A stretch of 64,000 nt of DNA from an uncultured Methanomicrobiaceae archaeon (GTDB lineage Archaea > Halobacteriota > Methanomicrobia > Methanomicrobiales > Methanoculleaceae): the NCBI GenBank assembly GCA_963826525.1, contig CAWGXH010000004.1:384001-448000 (forward strand). The letters are read 5' to 3'. A program made the translations under genes and the position numbers. Positions 42,751 through 52,984 of the stretch are shown piece after piece. Numbering within the stretch: position 1 is the stretch's first letter; every line of letters begins with the position of its first letter. The notes beneath the pieces are model-generated. The model worked only from the letters and a program-made list of their open reading frames with translations. It was not told the origin of the DNA and did no database searches.

Positions 42751-44121
42751 TCACGAAATATCCCCCCGCTCCCGATGCGAGAGGGGCGGCAGGATCGGGG
42801 CGATTGCCGACGGGCCCATCGAGAGCACCGCAGATTCCTGACCCTGACTGATCTTGGAAATGCCGAGGGTTACGAGCGGCGAACTCGTGCCGTCGCCGAG
42901 CACCCGGACAGCAAACCCTTCGTTTACCCATTTCTCGTGCGGCAGGATGTTCCTTGTATCCACGACGTTCTTCGTTCGCATGCTGGCACTGGCAGGATCA
43001 AGCGTTCTGAAATAGTCGTGGTCGGCAAGCACCACAATGCAGTCGCTGTCCCGGACAGCTTCATCGAGGTCGAAGAGCGGATAGTGGAACTGCTTTACGT
43101 GCGGGTCGAAGCACCGGACGGTATACCCCTCGTTCTCTGCAAGTTTGATGAACTTGATCGCAGGGCTCTCCCGCGTGTCGTCGACGTTGCCTTTGTAGGA
43201 GACGCCAAAGACGGTGACGTTCACATCGCGGATACCGTGCATGAGGCCGCGGATGACATGCAGAACGTAATTGGGCATGGAGTCGTTGACCTCACGCGCC
43301 ATCGAGATCATCTTGCACCGGGTCGAGTTCTCCGTCAGGAACCAGGGGTCGATGGCGATGCAGTGCCCGCCGACACCGGGACCCGGATTTAAGATAGAGA
43401 CCCGGGGATGCTTGTTTGCAAGATTAATCGCCTCCCATACATTGATGCCGCACTCTTCCGAGAGTTGGGCAAACTCGTTTGCGAGAGCAATACTGACGTC
43501 GCGGCAGGTGTTCTCCATCAACTTGACAAACTCGGCGGTCTTTGTATCGGTCTGATAGATAGTGCCGCGCACAAACGAACGGTAGAGTGCGATTGTCCGC
43601 TCCGTCGATTCGCGGTCGTAGCCGCCGATGACTCTGCTGTTGTTCACCATCTCCTGCAGGGTGCTTCCCGGGATAGCACGCTCAGGGCAGTGTGCATACA
43701 GAAACTCCCCGACGGAAAGCCCACCTTTCTCGAGCCTCGGGATGATCACCCGCTCGCTCGTCCCCGGCGGCACCGTCGACTCGAGGATGACGTGATTGCC
43801 CTTCCGGAGATACGGCGCAATCATACCCGCAGCCTTCTTGACGAAGGTGAGGTCCGAGACTTTCGTCCCGGAGTCGAGCGGTGTCGGGACAGCGATCAGA
43901 AAGACGTCCGCCTCCTCAGGCTCGGTCTTTGCGACGAACCGGTCGCGTGCCCGGGCAAAGAGCTCGCATATTCCCGGCTCTTCAAACGGTACCGTTCCCT
44001 GATTCAGGGTGTTCACAACGCTCTGCTTAACGTCGACACCAACGACGTCCGACCCCGAAGCCGCAAATAGCAGTGCTGTCGGTAGACCAATGTATCCCAA
44101 TCCTAGAACGCAGATTTTCAT
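42751..44121 (-). CDS. wecC: UDP-N-acetyl-D-mannosamine dehydrogenase
   Basis: GLGYIGLPTA, LESTVPPG, HCPER..PG, KLMENT.RDV.IA.ANE, PGPGVGGHCIAIDPWF; adjacent to wecB. Confidence 0.88.
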   Translation of the reverse strand: MKICVLGLGYIGLPTALLFAASGSDVVGVDVKQSVVNTLNQGTVPFEEPGICELFARARDRFVAKTEPEEADVFLIAVPTPLDSGTKVSDLTFVKKAAGMIAPYLRKGNHVILESTVPPGTSERVIIPRLEKGGLSVGEFLYAHCPERAIPGSTLQEMVNNSRVIGGYDRESTERTIALYRSFVRGTIYQTDTKTAEFVKLMENTCRDVSIALANEFAQLSEECGINVWEAINLANKHPRVSILNPGPGVGGHCIAIDPWFLTENSTRCKMISMAREVNDSMPNYVLHVIRGLMHGIRDVNVTVFGVSYKGNVDDTRESPAIKFIKLAENEGYTVRCFDPHVKQFHYPLFDLDEAVRDSDCIVVLADHDYFRTLDPASASMRTKNVVDTRNILPHEKWVNEGFAVRVLGDGTSSPLVTLGISKISQGQESAVLSMGPSAIAPILPPLSHRERGDIS

Positions 44122-44141
44122 GTTTTCCCCCCAAAATCGCT

Positions 44142-45222
44142 TCAGTTTGACCGTGCCGCGGCACAGACGAGCACGATCATCTTCCCGGCGATTCCGTCTC
44201 CGTACGGATTCTTCCAGTTATTATTCCAGTGTGTGGCCGACCTAACGCCTTCAAGGATCTTCGCCGATTCGGTGCCGACCAGAATGTTGGAACCGACATC
44301 CAGCGTCTCAGGTCTCTCTGTATCGTAGCGCATGGTCGCACAGGGAACGCCAAGGACGCAGGCCTCTTCCTGCACTCCACCGGAATCGGTAAGAACGAGC
44401 CTTGCCTGTGCCTCGAGCTGCAGGAACTCCAGGAACCCGAAGGGCTTTGTCGAGCTGGATACCGTCCATACCGATCCCGAGTTCGTCGATCCTCTTTGCC
44501 GTGCGAGGATGAACCGGAAAGATCACCGGCATCGAGAATTCTCTCTGAACCGACTCAAGGCCGCTGATGATCTCCTTCAACCGGGCTTTGTTATCGACGT
44601 TCTCCTGCCGGTGGGCAGTGACGAGGAAGTACTCTTTCGGCTTGAGCTCGAGATCCCGCAGGACATTGACTTTTTTCCGTGAGATATCGAGATTCTGGTA
44701 TATGGCGTCCACAACGGTGTTTCCGGTCACGCAGATCCTCTTCTCGTCGATACCCTCCCGGAGCAGGTTCTCACGGGCTTTTTCAGTGGGGGCAAAGAGA
44801 TAATCCGACATATGATCCGTGAGGATTCGATTGATCTCCTCCGGCATCCACCGGTTAAAACTGCGAAGGCCAGCTTCGATGTGACCCACCCGCATGTGGA
44901 GTTTTGAAGCGGCAAGTGCCCCGGCAACGACGGTATTGGTATCGCCCTGCACGAGGACGACGTCGGGAGCCTCTTTGAGGAGGATGCTCTCGGCACCGGT
45001 CATGATCTTTGCCGTCTGCTCGGCATGAGTGCCCGAACCAACGTCCAGATTGTAATGCGGCTTAGGGAGATCGAGATCTTCGAAGAAGACCCGATCCATC
45101 TCATACGAGTAGTGCTGGCCTGTATGCAGGACGAAGTAGTCCAGGTTTCGCCGCTCACACTCCCGTATGACCGGCGACATTTTGATGATTTCAGGGCGTG
45201 TACCGAGGATTATTCCAATCAT
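44142..45222 (-). CDS. wecB: UDP-N-acetylglucosamine 2-epimerase (non-hydrolysing); apparent frameshift ~44450
   Basis: GTRPEIIKMSP, HTGQHY, VQGDTNT, HIEAGLRS..MPEEINR, TAHRQEN, QEEAC, TERPET, NPYGDG. Confidence 0.92.
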
Positions 45223-45265
45223 GGTGTCAACTCCGCTAATTTCACGCGCGGCAACGGTTCTTCCG

Positions 45266-46417
45266 TCACGTCCTCACCCGTGAGACGATATCGAGCATCA
45301 CTCCCATCAGGAGCGTTACCGCACCGATGATGAACAGAACCGACAGGCTAAGCCCGTACTCAAGTGAAAACGCTCCGGATTCATTGAAGGCATCGAGAAA
45401 TCGCATCCAGAGGAACATGCCGAGAACGATCGATGCAAAACCCGGCGCCCCGAAGTACAGGAGCGGCTTTCTCTCCACCGAGAGCCAGAAGAGCGATGTG
45501 AGCACCTCGAGACCGTGTGAGAACGGATTCTTCGTGGACGTCTCGAAGTCACCGTATTTGCACATGATGGGGCGCTCTCCGATGCGTAAATTCTCTGCCT
45601 GGGCTATCTGAAGCATCTCGGATTCGGTTGAAAAGTCATCTTTTCTTAACGCCCCGGACATGGACTCGATTGACCGCCGGTTCAGAGCCCGAAAACCGCA
45701 CTGCGAGTCGGTGATGGTGTGACCGGCTCCGGTGACGACATCGAGGACGGTCCTGCCGAAACGCCGGTAGAACGGCATCTGATCGAGTGTCCGAAACCCG
45801 ATGACGAAATCTGCATCACCGTCGACTATCGGTTCGAGGAGACGAGGAATCTCTTCCGGGTTGTGCTGACCGTCCCCATCCATGAAGACCAGAGCATCGA
45901 ACCGGTTCTCAAAGGCGTAACGGAGCGAAGTTTTCATTGCCCGGCCTTTACCCTGCTGCGATCCGTGCGAGATCACCGTTGCTCCTGCTTCCCGGGCAAT
46001 GTTCACCGTCTCATCGGTACTCCCGTCGTCGACGACGAGAACTTCGTCGACGTAGCGACGGGCCATAAGAACAAGCGAGCCTATCGCAACCGCTTCGTTG
46101 AGGCAGGGTATTGCAACAAGCGATTTATTCTGGGCTTTTCTGAGCGGTGGAGCGGGAGTGTCGATGTTCTCGCTCACTGTTCTCCGATATCCAGGCAGAA
46201 TCGGTTGTTTCAGCGGGTTGATCGATTCCTGTATCTGACGATGGAGCGTAGGGGTCTCGATGGAGCTCTTCAGCTGGTACTCCCTGCGGATCAGATGATC
46301 TATCTCTACACGGTTACCTGTATCTGCATACTGTGGTCGTGGAACGGTAGTTTCCCGGGCAAACCGCCCACCTGCACCCGCAGGCTCCGTTCCGTGACCT
46401 GGATCAATGTCGTACAT
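45266..46417 (-). CDS. Glycosyltransferase family 2 (Dol-P-sugar synthase-like) with two C-terminal TM helices
   Basis: IPCLNE, VVDDGSTD, GKGRA, MDGDGQH, DSQCGFRA; N-terminal extension and start uncertain. Confidence 0.88.
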   Translation of the reverse strand: MYDIDPGHGTEPAGAGGRFARETTVPRPQYADTGNRVEIDHLIRREYQLKSSIETPTLHRQIQESINPLKQPILPGYRRTVSENIDTPAPPLRKAQNKSLVAIPCLNEAVAIGSLVLMARRYVDEVLVVDDGSTDETVNIAREAGATVISHGSQQGKGRAMKTSLRYAFENRFDALVFMDGDGQHNPEEIPRLLEPIVDGDADFVIGFRTLDQMPFYRRFGRTVLDVVTGAGHTITDSQCGFRALNRRSIESMSGALRKDDFSTESEMLQIAQAENLRIGERPIMCKYGDFETSTKNPFSHGLEVLTSLFWLSVERKPLLYFGAPGFASIVLGMFLWMRFLDAFNESGAFSLEYGLSLSVLFIIGAVTLLMGVMLDIVSRVRT

Positions 46418-46477
46418 CCACTTTCCCCCTTGGCGTACTGGAACGGGACTGTTCAGACATATATTAATATGTTATTA

Positions 46478-46495
46478 TTAACCAAATTTGGTTAA
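46478..46495. promoter_or_regulatory. Perfect 18-bp palindrome TTAACCAAATTTGGTTAA upstream of the glycan operon promoter
   Basis: Exact reverse-complement symmetry; ~10 bp upstream of a minus-strand TTAATATA box (46460-46467). Confidence 0.6.
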
Positions 46496-46976
46496 CAGTA
46501 TTTAAATTGGAATGCAATATAGTTGCCAAAGGGCAGGTTACCCCTGTGAGGGAATATATAAGTGTTCCGGCAAACCCGCTCATTGAGAAATTGACCCGGA
46601 TTCGGTCTAAAAATGCTGCCGTCCACCTGTTTTCATGGACAGCCTCTGGCGGGCATACCGGATATGCACAAAGTGTAAATACCCGCAACGAAAATGGCGC
46701 CAGACAACCGTGATTTTCCCTGCCGCACCCCCTTTGGAGAATTCATCCCGTCCGGCACTATTCTTTTAAAACCGAAACATCACGGTAGCCCCATTTCACG
46801 ATCACCCGCACAAGAAGAACTGTAATGCCCTGAGACCGTCAGAACCACCCCCAATGCCTGGAGAGAGGGGCGAAAGGATTGATATTCAGGAGATGGCAAT
46901 ATGCGTACCGCCGGCTCCCGTGCCCCTTCCTATCCATTCGCGTATCTGGAGCATCCGATACGCGAAGAGGTCGTCG

Positions 46977-47774
46977 TCACCCTGACCGGGGTTCCGAGAG
47001 CGCAGTCGATACCCGTTCCATCAGGGCATGGTGGCGCCGGAGTTCGGCAAGGTAGTTTCGGCTCTTCTCATCCGCCCGGAGCGGGGTAAAGGTCTGTTCG
47101 TAATCGACATTCCAGAGGATCAGTCCTTCAGGCGGCGATGCTGGGAGACGGTCGGATCCGGGCTTCTCGAGGAGAGCACTAAGATCATCGACGGTTGCGG
47201 CACCCCGCCCGACCATATCGAGCGCCGTGGCCATGCACCGAACCATGTTCCAGAGAAAACTCTCTGCCGTGACCTCAAAAACGCAAAACCGATCTTCCGG
47301 AAATATCCTGGCGGCAAGCACCGTCCGCTTCGGATTTTTGTCGCCGACCCTGGCAAACGACGAGAAGTCGTACCGGCCGACGAACCGCTCCGCCATCTCC
47401 TGCATGGCACCGGTCTCGGCCGGGGGGTCGGGGAAGTAGTAGCGGTACGTCCTTGAGAGAGCATCGTACCGGGGATTGAACGACTCTGGCACGACCGCGT
47501 AGCCCGTGCACCAGATATCAGGAGGGAGCACCCGGCCAAGCGCCTGCAGGGCGCGATCGGGGAGGTCCGTCGTGAAGGCAGCAACCCATCCCCGGGCGTG
47601 CACTCCCCGGTCGGTCCTCCCGGCCGTCTGGAAGGCGGCGCTTCGCCAGTCGTCGAAGAGCCCGAGCCGCAGGCACGCCTCGATGAACTCCCCTTCGACC
47701 GTCCGGAGAACCGGCTGCAGCTGGGATCCGAAAAAACCTCCGCCGAGGTACGCAAGCCGCAGTGCGAGCCTCAT
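46977..47774 (-). CDS. truA: tRNA pseudouridine(38-40) synthase
   Basis: AYLG..F.GSQ.QP..RTVEG, AGRTDRGVHA, F.PRY....RTYRY, FLWNMVR. Confidence 0.95.
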   Translation of the reverse strand: MRLALRLAYLGGGFFGSQLQPVLRTVEGEFIEACLRLGLFDDWRSAAFQTAGRTDRGVHARGWVAAFTTDLPDRALQALGRVLPPDIWCTGYAVVPESFNPRYDALSRTYRYYFPDPPAETGAMQEMAERFVGRYDFSSFARVGDKNPKRTVLAARIFPEDRFCVFEVTAESFLWNMVRCMATALDMVGRGAATVDDLSALLEKPGSDRLPASPPEGLILWNVDYEQTFTPLRADEKSRNYLAELRRHHALMERVSTALSEPRSG

Positions 47775-48436
47775 CGGTGTACCCGTCGCTTGATCCTCCG
47801 CAGGGCACCTTTCAGGGATTGCCGGGTATAGGTCTGCAGCGGAGTCATTCTGCCGCCTGCTATCGTATTCCCCTCCCGGATCGCCTTGAGGATTGAGGCG
47901 ACGTCCGGTTCCGCCGAGACCAGCGCATGGCCAAATCCAACATAGCGGGCGTTATGTGCATCGCTCCCTCCTACACAGGGTTTGTCGTAACTCCGGGCGA
48001 TTTTCGCCGCCTTTCGGTTCGCCTGACCCGTAATGTAACGACTGTTGAAGGTCTCGACCGCATCCACCGACGCTATCCCGATCTTAAGCTTCCGCCCGAC
48101 ACCGTGCCGCCACATATGGTACGGGTGCGGGAGAATCAGCAGCGCTCCGCGTGCACGCGCATACGCAACGGTCTCAAGAAAATCCCTGCCGGACGGGATC
48201 GGTTCGGTTACCCCGAGCGCGATGAGATGCCCATGTTTCGTGGAGATCTCAATCCCTGGAATGACGACAAGCGACGTCTCGCACGTGCACGCGTAGCGTG
48301 CCCCTTCCACGGTGTCGTGGTCCGTGATGGCGATCGCGTCAAGGCCGACCGCCTCGGCGCGGCGGAGGATATCCTCGACACTGCTTTCGCCGTCCTTTGA
48401 GAAGTTTGTGTGGATATGCAGGTCGCACCGCAGCAT
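47771..48436 (-). CDS. PHP-domain metal-dependent phosphoesterase
   Basis: DLHIHT..S.DG, AITDHD, GIEIS, PHPY, GGSDAH. Confidence 0.92.
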   Translation of the reverse strand: MLRCDLHIHTNFSKDGESSVEDILRRAEAVGLDAIAITDHDTVEGARYACTCETSLVVIPGIEISTKHGHLIALGVTEPIPSGRDFLETVAYARARGALLILPHPYHMWRHGVGRKLKIGIASVDAVETFNSRYITGQANRKAAKIARSYDKPCVGGSDAHNARYVGFGHALVSAEPDVASILKAIREGNTIAGGRMTPLQTYTRQSLKGALRRIKRRVHR

Positions 48437-48480
48437 GAGATCATAACTATTTTTCACGTTCTGAATGATAATGGAAGCGT

Positions 48481-49905
48481 ATGCGCATCTTACTGCCAAC
48501 CGGTTCGACGACGGAGGCCATGGTCCGGAAGACCGCGGAGCGTTTTTCTGACCGCCATGAGATAACCGTGGCGATTACCGGGGAGATAGCCTCGTTCCTC
48601 ACCCCACGGCAGCTCCTGATGCTGCTTTCCGGTACCGAGTATGATATGGCGATCGTCTCCGGGATGTGCACCGCATCGTTCGCGGAGGTGGAAGATGCAA
48701 CCGGTATCCCCGTCTACCGCGGTCCGCGGCACGCCGCAGATCTGGCTCTGGTGCTTTCGGTGCTGGACTCCGTCCGGCTCTCCCGGACGATTCCTGCGGA
48801 CGACTTTCTGGCTTCTGAGCGGCGTGCCGAAGCCTGCAGAAAGGTACACGAGCGTGAAACAGCGGCAGACTGCGACTTCATAATACGCGGCCTCAAGATC
48901 GGCGGCGGATCGCGAATCAAGGTGCTCGCCGAGATCATGGATGCGCACAAACGGGGCGACCTGCGGACGGCAGTGGAGCGATTCTTCGCCGCAGGAGCCG
49001 ATATCGTCGATCTCGGGTTCGGGTTCGATGCGACGCCGGAGGATGTGCGGCGATCCTTCCGGGAGGTCGCCGATATTGATCGGCCCCTCGCCGTCGACAG
49101 TCAGGAGCCCCGTCTCATCGAAGCGGCGCTCGAACGCGCGGATCTGGTGCTGAGCCTGCACGAAGGCAACCTCCCGGCAGTCGGCGAGGCGGTCGCGGCG
49201 TCCGGCGCCGCAGCAGTGATCGTTCCCCGCGACCGAAACCTTGCGGAGAACCTCGCAGCCGCAGAAGCCGCCGGGGTCTGCTGTCTGGTCGGCGATCCGC
49301 TCCTACAGCCGGTGGGATCGGGGCTCGTCGAGTCGCTCGCCGGTTTCGAAGCGGTCGGCCGCCCCCTCTTCTTCGGCGCGGGAAACGTGGTCGAACTCCT
49401 CGACGCCGACTCCCCGGGAGCAAACGCACTTCTCTGCGCGATGGCTAGCGAGCTCTCCGCCGCCATCATCTTCACGAGCGAGCACTCCGACAAAACACGC
49501 GGATCGGTGGCGGAGATGCGGCGGGCTACCGAGATGGCGGTGCTCCTTGCCGGCCGCCCCTACCCGAAGGACCTCGGGCTCGACCTGCTCATTCTGAAAG
49601 AGAAGCGGCGGCGGCGGGAGCCGCCGCTCGAGTACAACACGGAGATTGCCGCCGCCCCGATGCCCGAGGAGATCGAGTACGACCCGCACGGGTGCATCAG
49701 GATCGGCATCGAGGGCGATTCAATTGTGGCCGTCCACAACGGCACGGCGATCAGGAGCAGGAAGTGGGAGGACGTCTTTGCAGCGCTCCTCGCCGAAGGC
49801 CGCATCTCCCGGATGGATCACGCCGCATACCTCGGAAAAGAGCTCTACAAAGCCGAGCTTGCGATCCGGTTCGGCCGGAGCTTCGAACAGGACGGCCCGT
49901 TCTGA
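48481..49905 (+). CDS. Dihydropteroate-synthase-like archaeal protein with C-terminal DUF4346-like domain
   Basis: MRILLPTG, GADIVDLG, DPLLQP, FFGAGNVVELLDADSPG.NA, HAAYLGKELYKAELA......EQD. Confidence 0.88.
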   Translation: MRILLPTGSTTEAMVRKTAERFSDRHEITVAITGEIASFLTPRQLLMLLSGTEYDMAIVSGMCTASFAEVEDATGIPVYRGPRHAADLALVLSVLDSVRLSRTIPADDFLASERRAEACRKVHERETAADCDFIIRGLKIGGGSRIKVLAEIMDAHKRGDLRTAVERFFAAGADIVDLGFGFDATPEDVRRSFREVADIDRPLAVDSQEPRLIEAALERADLVLSLHEGNLPAVGEAVAASGAAAVIVPRDRNLAENLAAAEAAGVCCLVGDPLLQPVGSGLVESLAGFEAVGRPLFFGAGNVVELLDADSPGANALLCAMASELSAAIIFTSEHSDKTRGSVAEMRRATEMAVLLAGRPYPKDLGLDLLILKEKRRRREPPLEYNTEIAAAPMPEEIEYDPHGCIRIGIEGDSIVAVHNGTAIRSRKWEDVFAALLAEGRISRMDHAAYLGKELYKAELAIRFGRSFEQDGPF

Positions 49906-49955
49906 AGAGGCCTCCGCACACCCTTTAATACAAGCGGCCGCACTACCCGGAGATC

Positions 49956-51341
49956 GTGGTAACGATGCGGAAAGGATTGATTATTGCCGGGACTATCACC
50001 CTCCTCCTCGCCGCTGCAGCCTCTGTCGGCATTCTGCTGCCGGAGGCGCCGGCACCGTCCGGCAACGTCGCGACGGGCAACCAGACACCGGCCGGGGACG
50101 TCGTTGTCGGCCTTCTGCCCGTCGCCACCGGGTTTGCCGCCCCGGTTGCCCTCGCAGCACCTTCCGACGGATCGGGACGACTCTTCATCGTCGACCAGGT
50201 AGGAACGATCCGTATCGTCGACCGAAACGGCACCCTCCGGGACGAGCCGTTCCTCGATATCCGGGACAGGATGGTGGATCTCAACCCGAACTACGACGAA
50301 CGCGGTCTGCTTGGCATGGCTCTGCACCCGAATTTTACGGATAACGGGAGGTTCTTCATCTACTACAGCGCCCCGCTCCGCGAAGGGGCACCGCCGGGGT
50401 GGGATCATACCAGCCATCTTGCGGAGTTCTCGGTCTCTGCCGATGACCCGAATGCGGCCGATCCCGGTTCGGAACGGGTTCTGCTCCAGGTCGACGAGCC
50501 CCAGTCGAACCACAACGGCGGGCAGATCGCGTTTGGCCCGGGCGGCTACCTCTACATTCCGCTCGGCGACGGCGGCGGGGCGGGCGACACCGGACTCGGC
50601 CACCCACCACCCGGCAACGGCCAGAACACCTCGACCCTGCTCGGGAGCATCCTTCGCATCGACGTCGACGGGGGTGAGCCGTACACCATCCCGGAGAGCA
50701 ATCCCTTCGCGGACGGCGTCGCCGGCCGGCCCGAGATCTTCGCCTACGGATTTCGCAATCCGTTCCATATCTCCTTCGACGTAGGCGGCCAGCACGATCT
50801 CTTCGCCGGGGATGCCGGGCAGAACCGCTGGGAAGAGGTCGATCTTGTCCGGGCAGGGGAGAACTACGGCTGGAACATCAGGGAGGGCACCCACTGCTTC
50901 GACCCGCAGAACCCGGGGGCAGCACCCTCCGGATGCCCGGATGTCGGCAGCCGGGGAGAGCCGCTCGCAAGCCCGATCATCGAGTACCCGAACGCGGGAC
51001 AGCCAGGGGGAATCGGCCATGCGGTGATCGGCGGGTATGTGTACCGGGGGAGCAGCATTCCCGCACTTACGGGGCGGTACATCTTCGGCGACTGGAGCGC
51101 CTCCTCGGGCACCGGCGACGGGACGCTCTTTTCCGCCGCGCCCGGAGAGACCGGCAGCACCACGACCCTATGGAGTATGAGCGAGTTATCGGTCGCCGAT
51201 ACCGGGACGGGGAGAGTAGGGGCGTACATTCTCTCGTTCGGCCAGGATGCAGAGAACGAACTCTACGTCCTGACATCACGGAGCGCAGGCCCTACCGGCA
51301 CCACCGGCACCGTTTACCGGCTCGTTCCGACAGGAGGATGA
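49956..51341 (+). CDS. Secreted PQQ-dependent glucose/sorbosone dehydrogenase family beta-propeller
   Basis: ERGLLGMALHP, NHNGGQIAFGP.GYLY...GDGG, YGFRNP, NYGW, SFGQD...ELY. Confidence 0.92.
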   Translation: MVTMRKGLIIAGTITLLLAAAASVGILLPEAPAPSGNVATGNQTPAGDVVVGLLPVATGFAAPVALAAPSDGSGRLFIVDQVGTIRIVDRNGTLRDEPFLDIRDRMVDLNPNYDERGLLGMALHPNFTDNGRFFIYYSAPLREGAPPGWDHTSHLAEFSVSADDPNAADPGSERVLLQVDEPQSNHNGGQIAFGPGGYLYIPLGDGGGAGDTGLGHPPPGNGQNTSTLLGSILRIDVDGGEPYTIPESNPFADGVAGRPEIFAYGFRNPFHISFDVGGQHDLFAGDAGQNRWEEVDLVRAGENYGWNIREGTHCFDPQNPGAAPSGCPDVGSRGEPLASPIIEYPNAGQPGGIGHAVIGGYVYRGSSIPALTGRYIFGDWSASSGTGDGTLFSAAPGETGSTTTLWSMSELSVADTGTGRVGAYILSFGQDAENELYVLTSRSAGPTGTTGTVYRLVPTGG

Positions 51342-51533
51342 AGAATAGAGAGGTCTCCTCTAAACGGGGGTCGGCCACATTACATAACAATATTTTTATA
51401 ATAAAGCAGAGATTTTGGGCTCCACGGCAACGCTCATCCGCAGATACCGAGGACGGTCGGTTCCATCCTCAAGGCGCCACGATACGGAGGAGCGGTTGCC
51501 GATCTACTCCACCAGAGAGGAGAGGAATGACCT

Positions 51534-52496
51534 ATGAAGATAAACGGATCATCAGCAGGGCTCCTGTGCATTCTGCTCGCGTGCCTCTGCGTCTGTATCG
51601 TGTCCGGCCAGGCGCAGGCTCCCGTGGCCGTCGAACTCCGGAACAGCTCGTACCACCCGCCGACAGTAACCGTCGAACCCGGCACGACGGTGCTCTGGAC
51701 GAACTATGACACCGTGAGCCACTCCGTCACCAGTATGACCGGGCTCTTCGACTCGGGAGCGCTTGAGACCGGAGAGTCGTTCAATTACACCTTTGACGAG
51801 CCGGGCACATACGCCTACGGGTGCAGGATCAACCAGTCTCTCGAGAACACCCGTATGCCTGGCCGGATCGTCGTCGTGGCCGGTGTTACGGGCAACATGA
51901 CCGGAACCGAGGCAGATACCGTCGTTCAGGTGATCGAGGGGAATCAGAACCTGACCGTCCTTGCACGGGCGCTGAACGCGACGAACCTGACCGGTAACCT
52001 CAGCGCCGGAGGACCGTTCACGGTCTTCGCCCCGACCGACACCGCTTTCGCCGCACTCGGCAACGGGACGGTGGAAGAACTCCTGAACGATACCGCGAAC
52101 GCGACGCCCATCCTGCAGTACCATATCGTTCCGGGACTCTACACCAGCCAGCAGCTCATGAACATGACCGAGACCGGAAACGCGACACTCCCGACGCTCC
52201 TCGGCGAGAACGTCACGATCACCCGCGAGGGCGGGGCGATACTGATCAATAATGCTACCGTCAACGCAACCGATATCAACGCCGATAACGGGATTGTCCA
52301 TACCATCGACGCGGTGCTGATACCGCCCGCGAACATGACGGCGGTACAGGAACCCGTGGCCGCCGTCACGGCGAGGGTGACGGAAGAGCCCGTGGTGAAC
52401 GAGACACCGGTGATCACTGCCACGGAGACGATGACGGAAGAGCCCGTGATGAACGAGACGCCGGCGATCACCGCCGCCCCCCGGGGCCGGTACTGA
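51534..52496 (+). CDS. Secreted cupredoxin-like + fasciclin (FAS1) domain protein
   Basis: Signal peptide; V.WTN.D...HSVT...FDSG.L..GESF.YTF.EPG.Y.Y.C; FAS1 motifs FTVFAPTD.AF, ILQYHIV, NGIVHTIDAVL. Confidence 0.9.
   Translation: MKINGSSAGLLCILLACLCVCIVSGQAQAPVAVELRNSSYHPPTVTVEPGTTVLWTNYDTVSHSVTSMTGLFDSGALETGESFNYTFDEPGTYAYGCRINQSLENTRMPGRIVVVAGVTGNMTGTEADTVVQVIEGNQNLTVLARALNATNLTGNLSAGGPFTVFAPTDTAFAALGNGTVEELLNDTANATPILQYHIVPGLYTSQQLMNMTETGNATLPTLLGENVTITREGGAILINNATVNATDINADNGIVHTIDAVLIPPANMTAVQEPVAAVTARVTEEPVVNETPVITATETMTEEPVMNETPAITAAPRGRY
52378..52475 (+). repeat. 54-bp-period tandem duplication encoding TEEPV.NETP.ITA x2
   Basis: tgacggaagagcccgtg.tgaacgagac at 52378 and 52432. Confidence 0.85.
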
Positions 52497-52517
52497 CGGC
52501 CCCGGGAGACCCGTTCC

Positions 52518-52524
52518 TTTTTTT
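52518..52524 (+). terminator. Putative oligo-T terminator
   Basis: T7 run ~20 bp after the stop codon. Confidence 0.5.
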
Positions 52525-52612
52525 ACGGCGGCCGGAGGATCGCTCGGGCAGGGCCAGGGGCCGTCACCGGACACGAGAACTTATCTTCCTTCTTTTCCAA
52601 GTACTCCTCAGA

Positions 52613-52984
52613 ATGAAAGTGCACGGGATCAGCGCCGAGCTCCTCGCCATGCTCCTGCAACTCGGAAGAGAGCACCACCCCGCTGAGTTTATTGCTATCT
52701 TGCGGGAACGGGACGGTATTATCCAGGATCTCGACCTGGTGCCGGGGACAATCACCGGGTCGTCCAGTGCATCCTTCTTCATCGATATGCTCCCGCTCGA
52801 CACCCATCAGGTCGGCAGCGCTCACAGCCACCCGAACGGGGTCATCTCACCATCTCCCGCTGATCTCAATCTCTTCCCGAAAGTCGGCAGATACCATATC
52901 ATCATCGGTTTTCCGTACACGGAGAAGGACTGGCGGTGCTTTTCGGCCGGCGGCATGCCGGTGGATCTGAGGGTGATCGGATGA
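52613..52984 (+). CDS. JAMM/MPN+ metalloprotease (Mov34/JAB family)
   Basis: E...GSAHSHP....PS.AD JAMM motif. Confidence 0.9.
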   Translation: MKVHGISAELLAMLLQLGREHHPAEFIAILRERDGIIQDLDLVPGTITGSSSASFFIDMLPLDTHQVGSAHSHPNGVISPSPADLNLFPKVGRYHIIIGFPYTEKDWRCFSAGGMPVDLRVIG

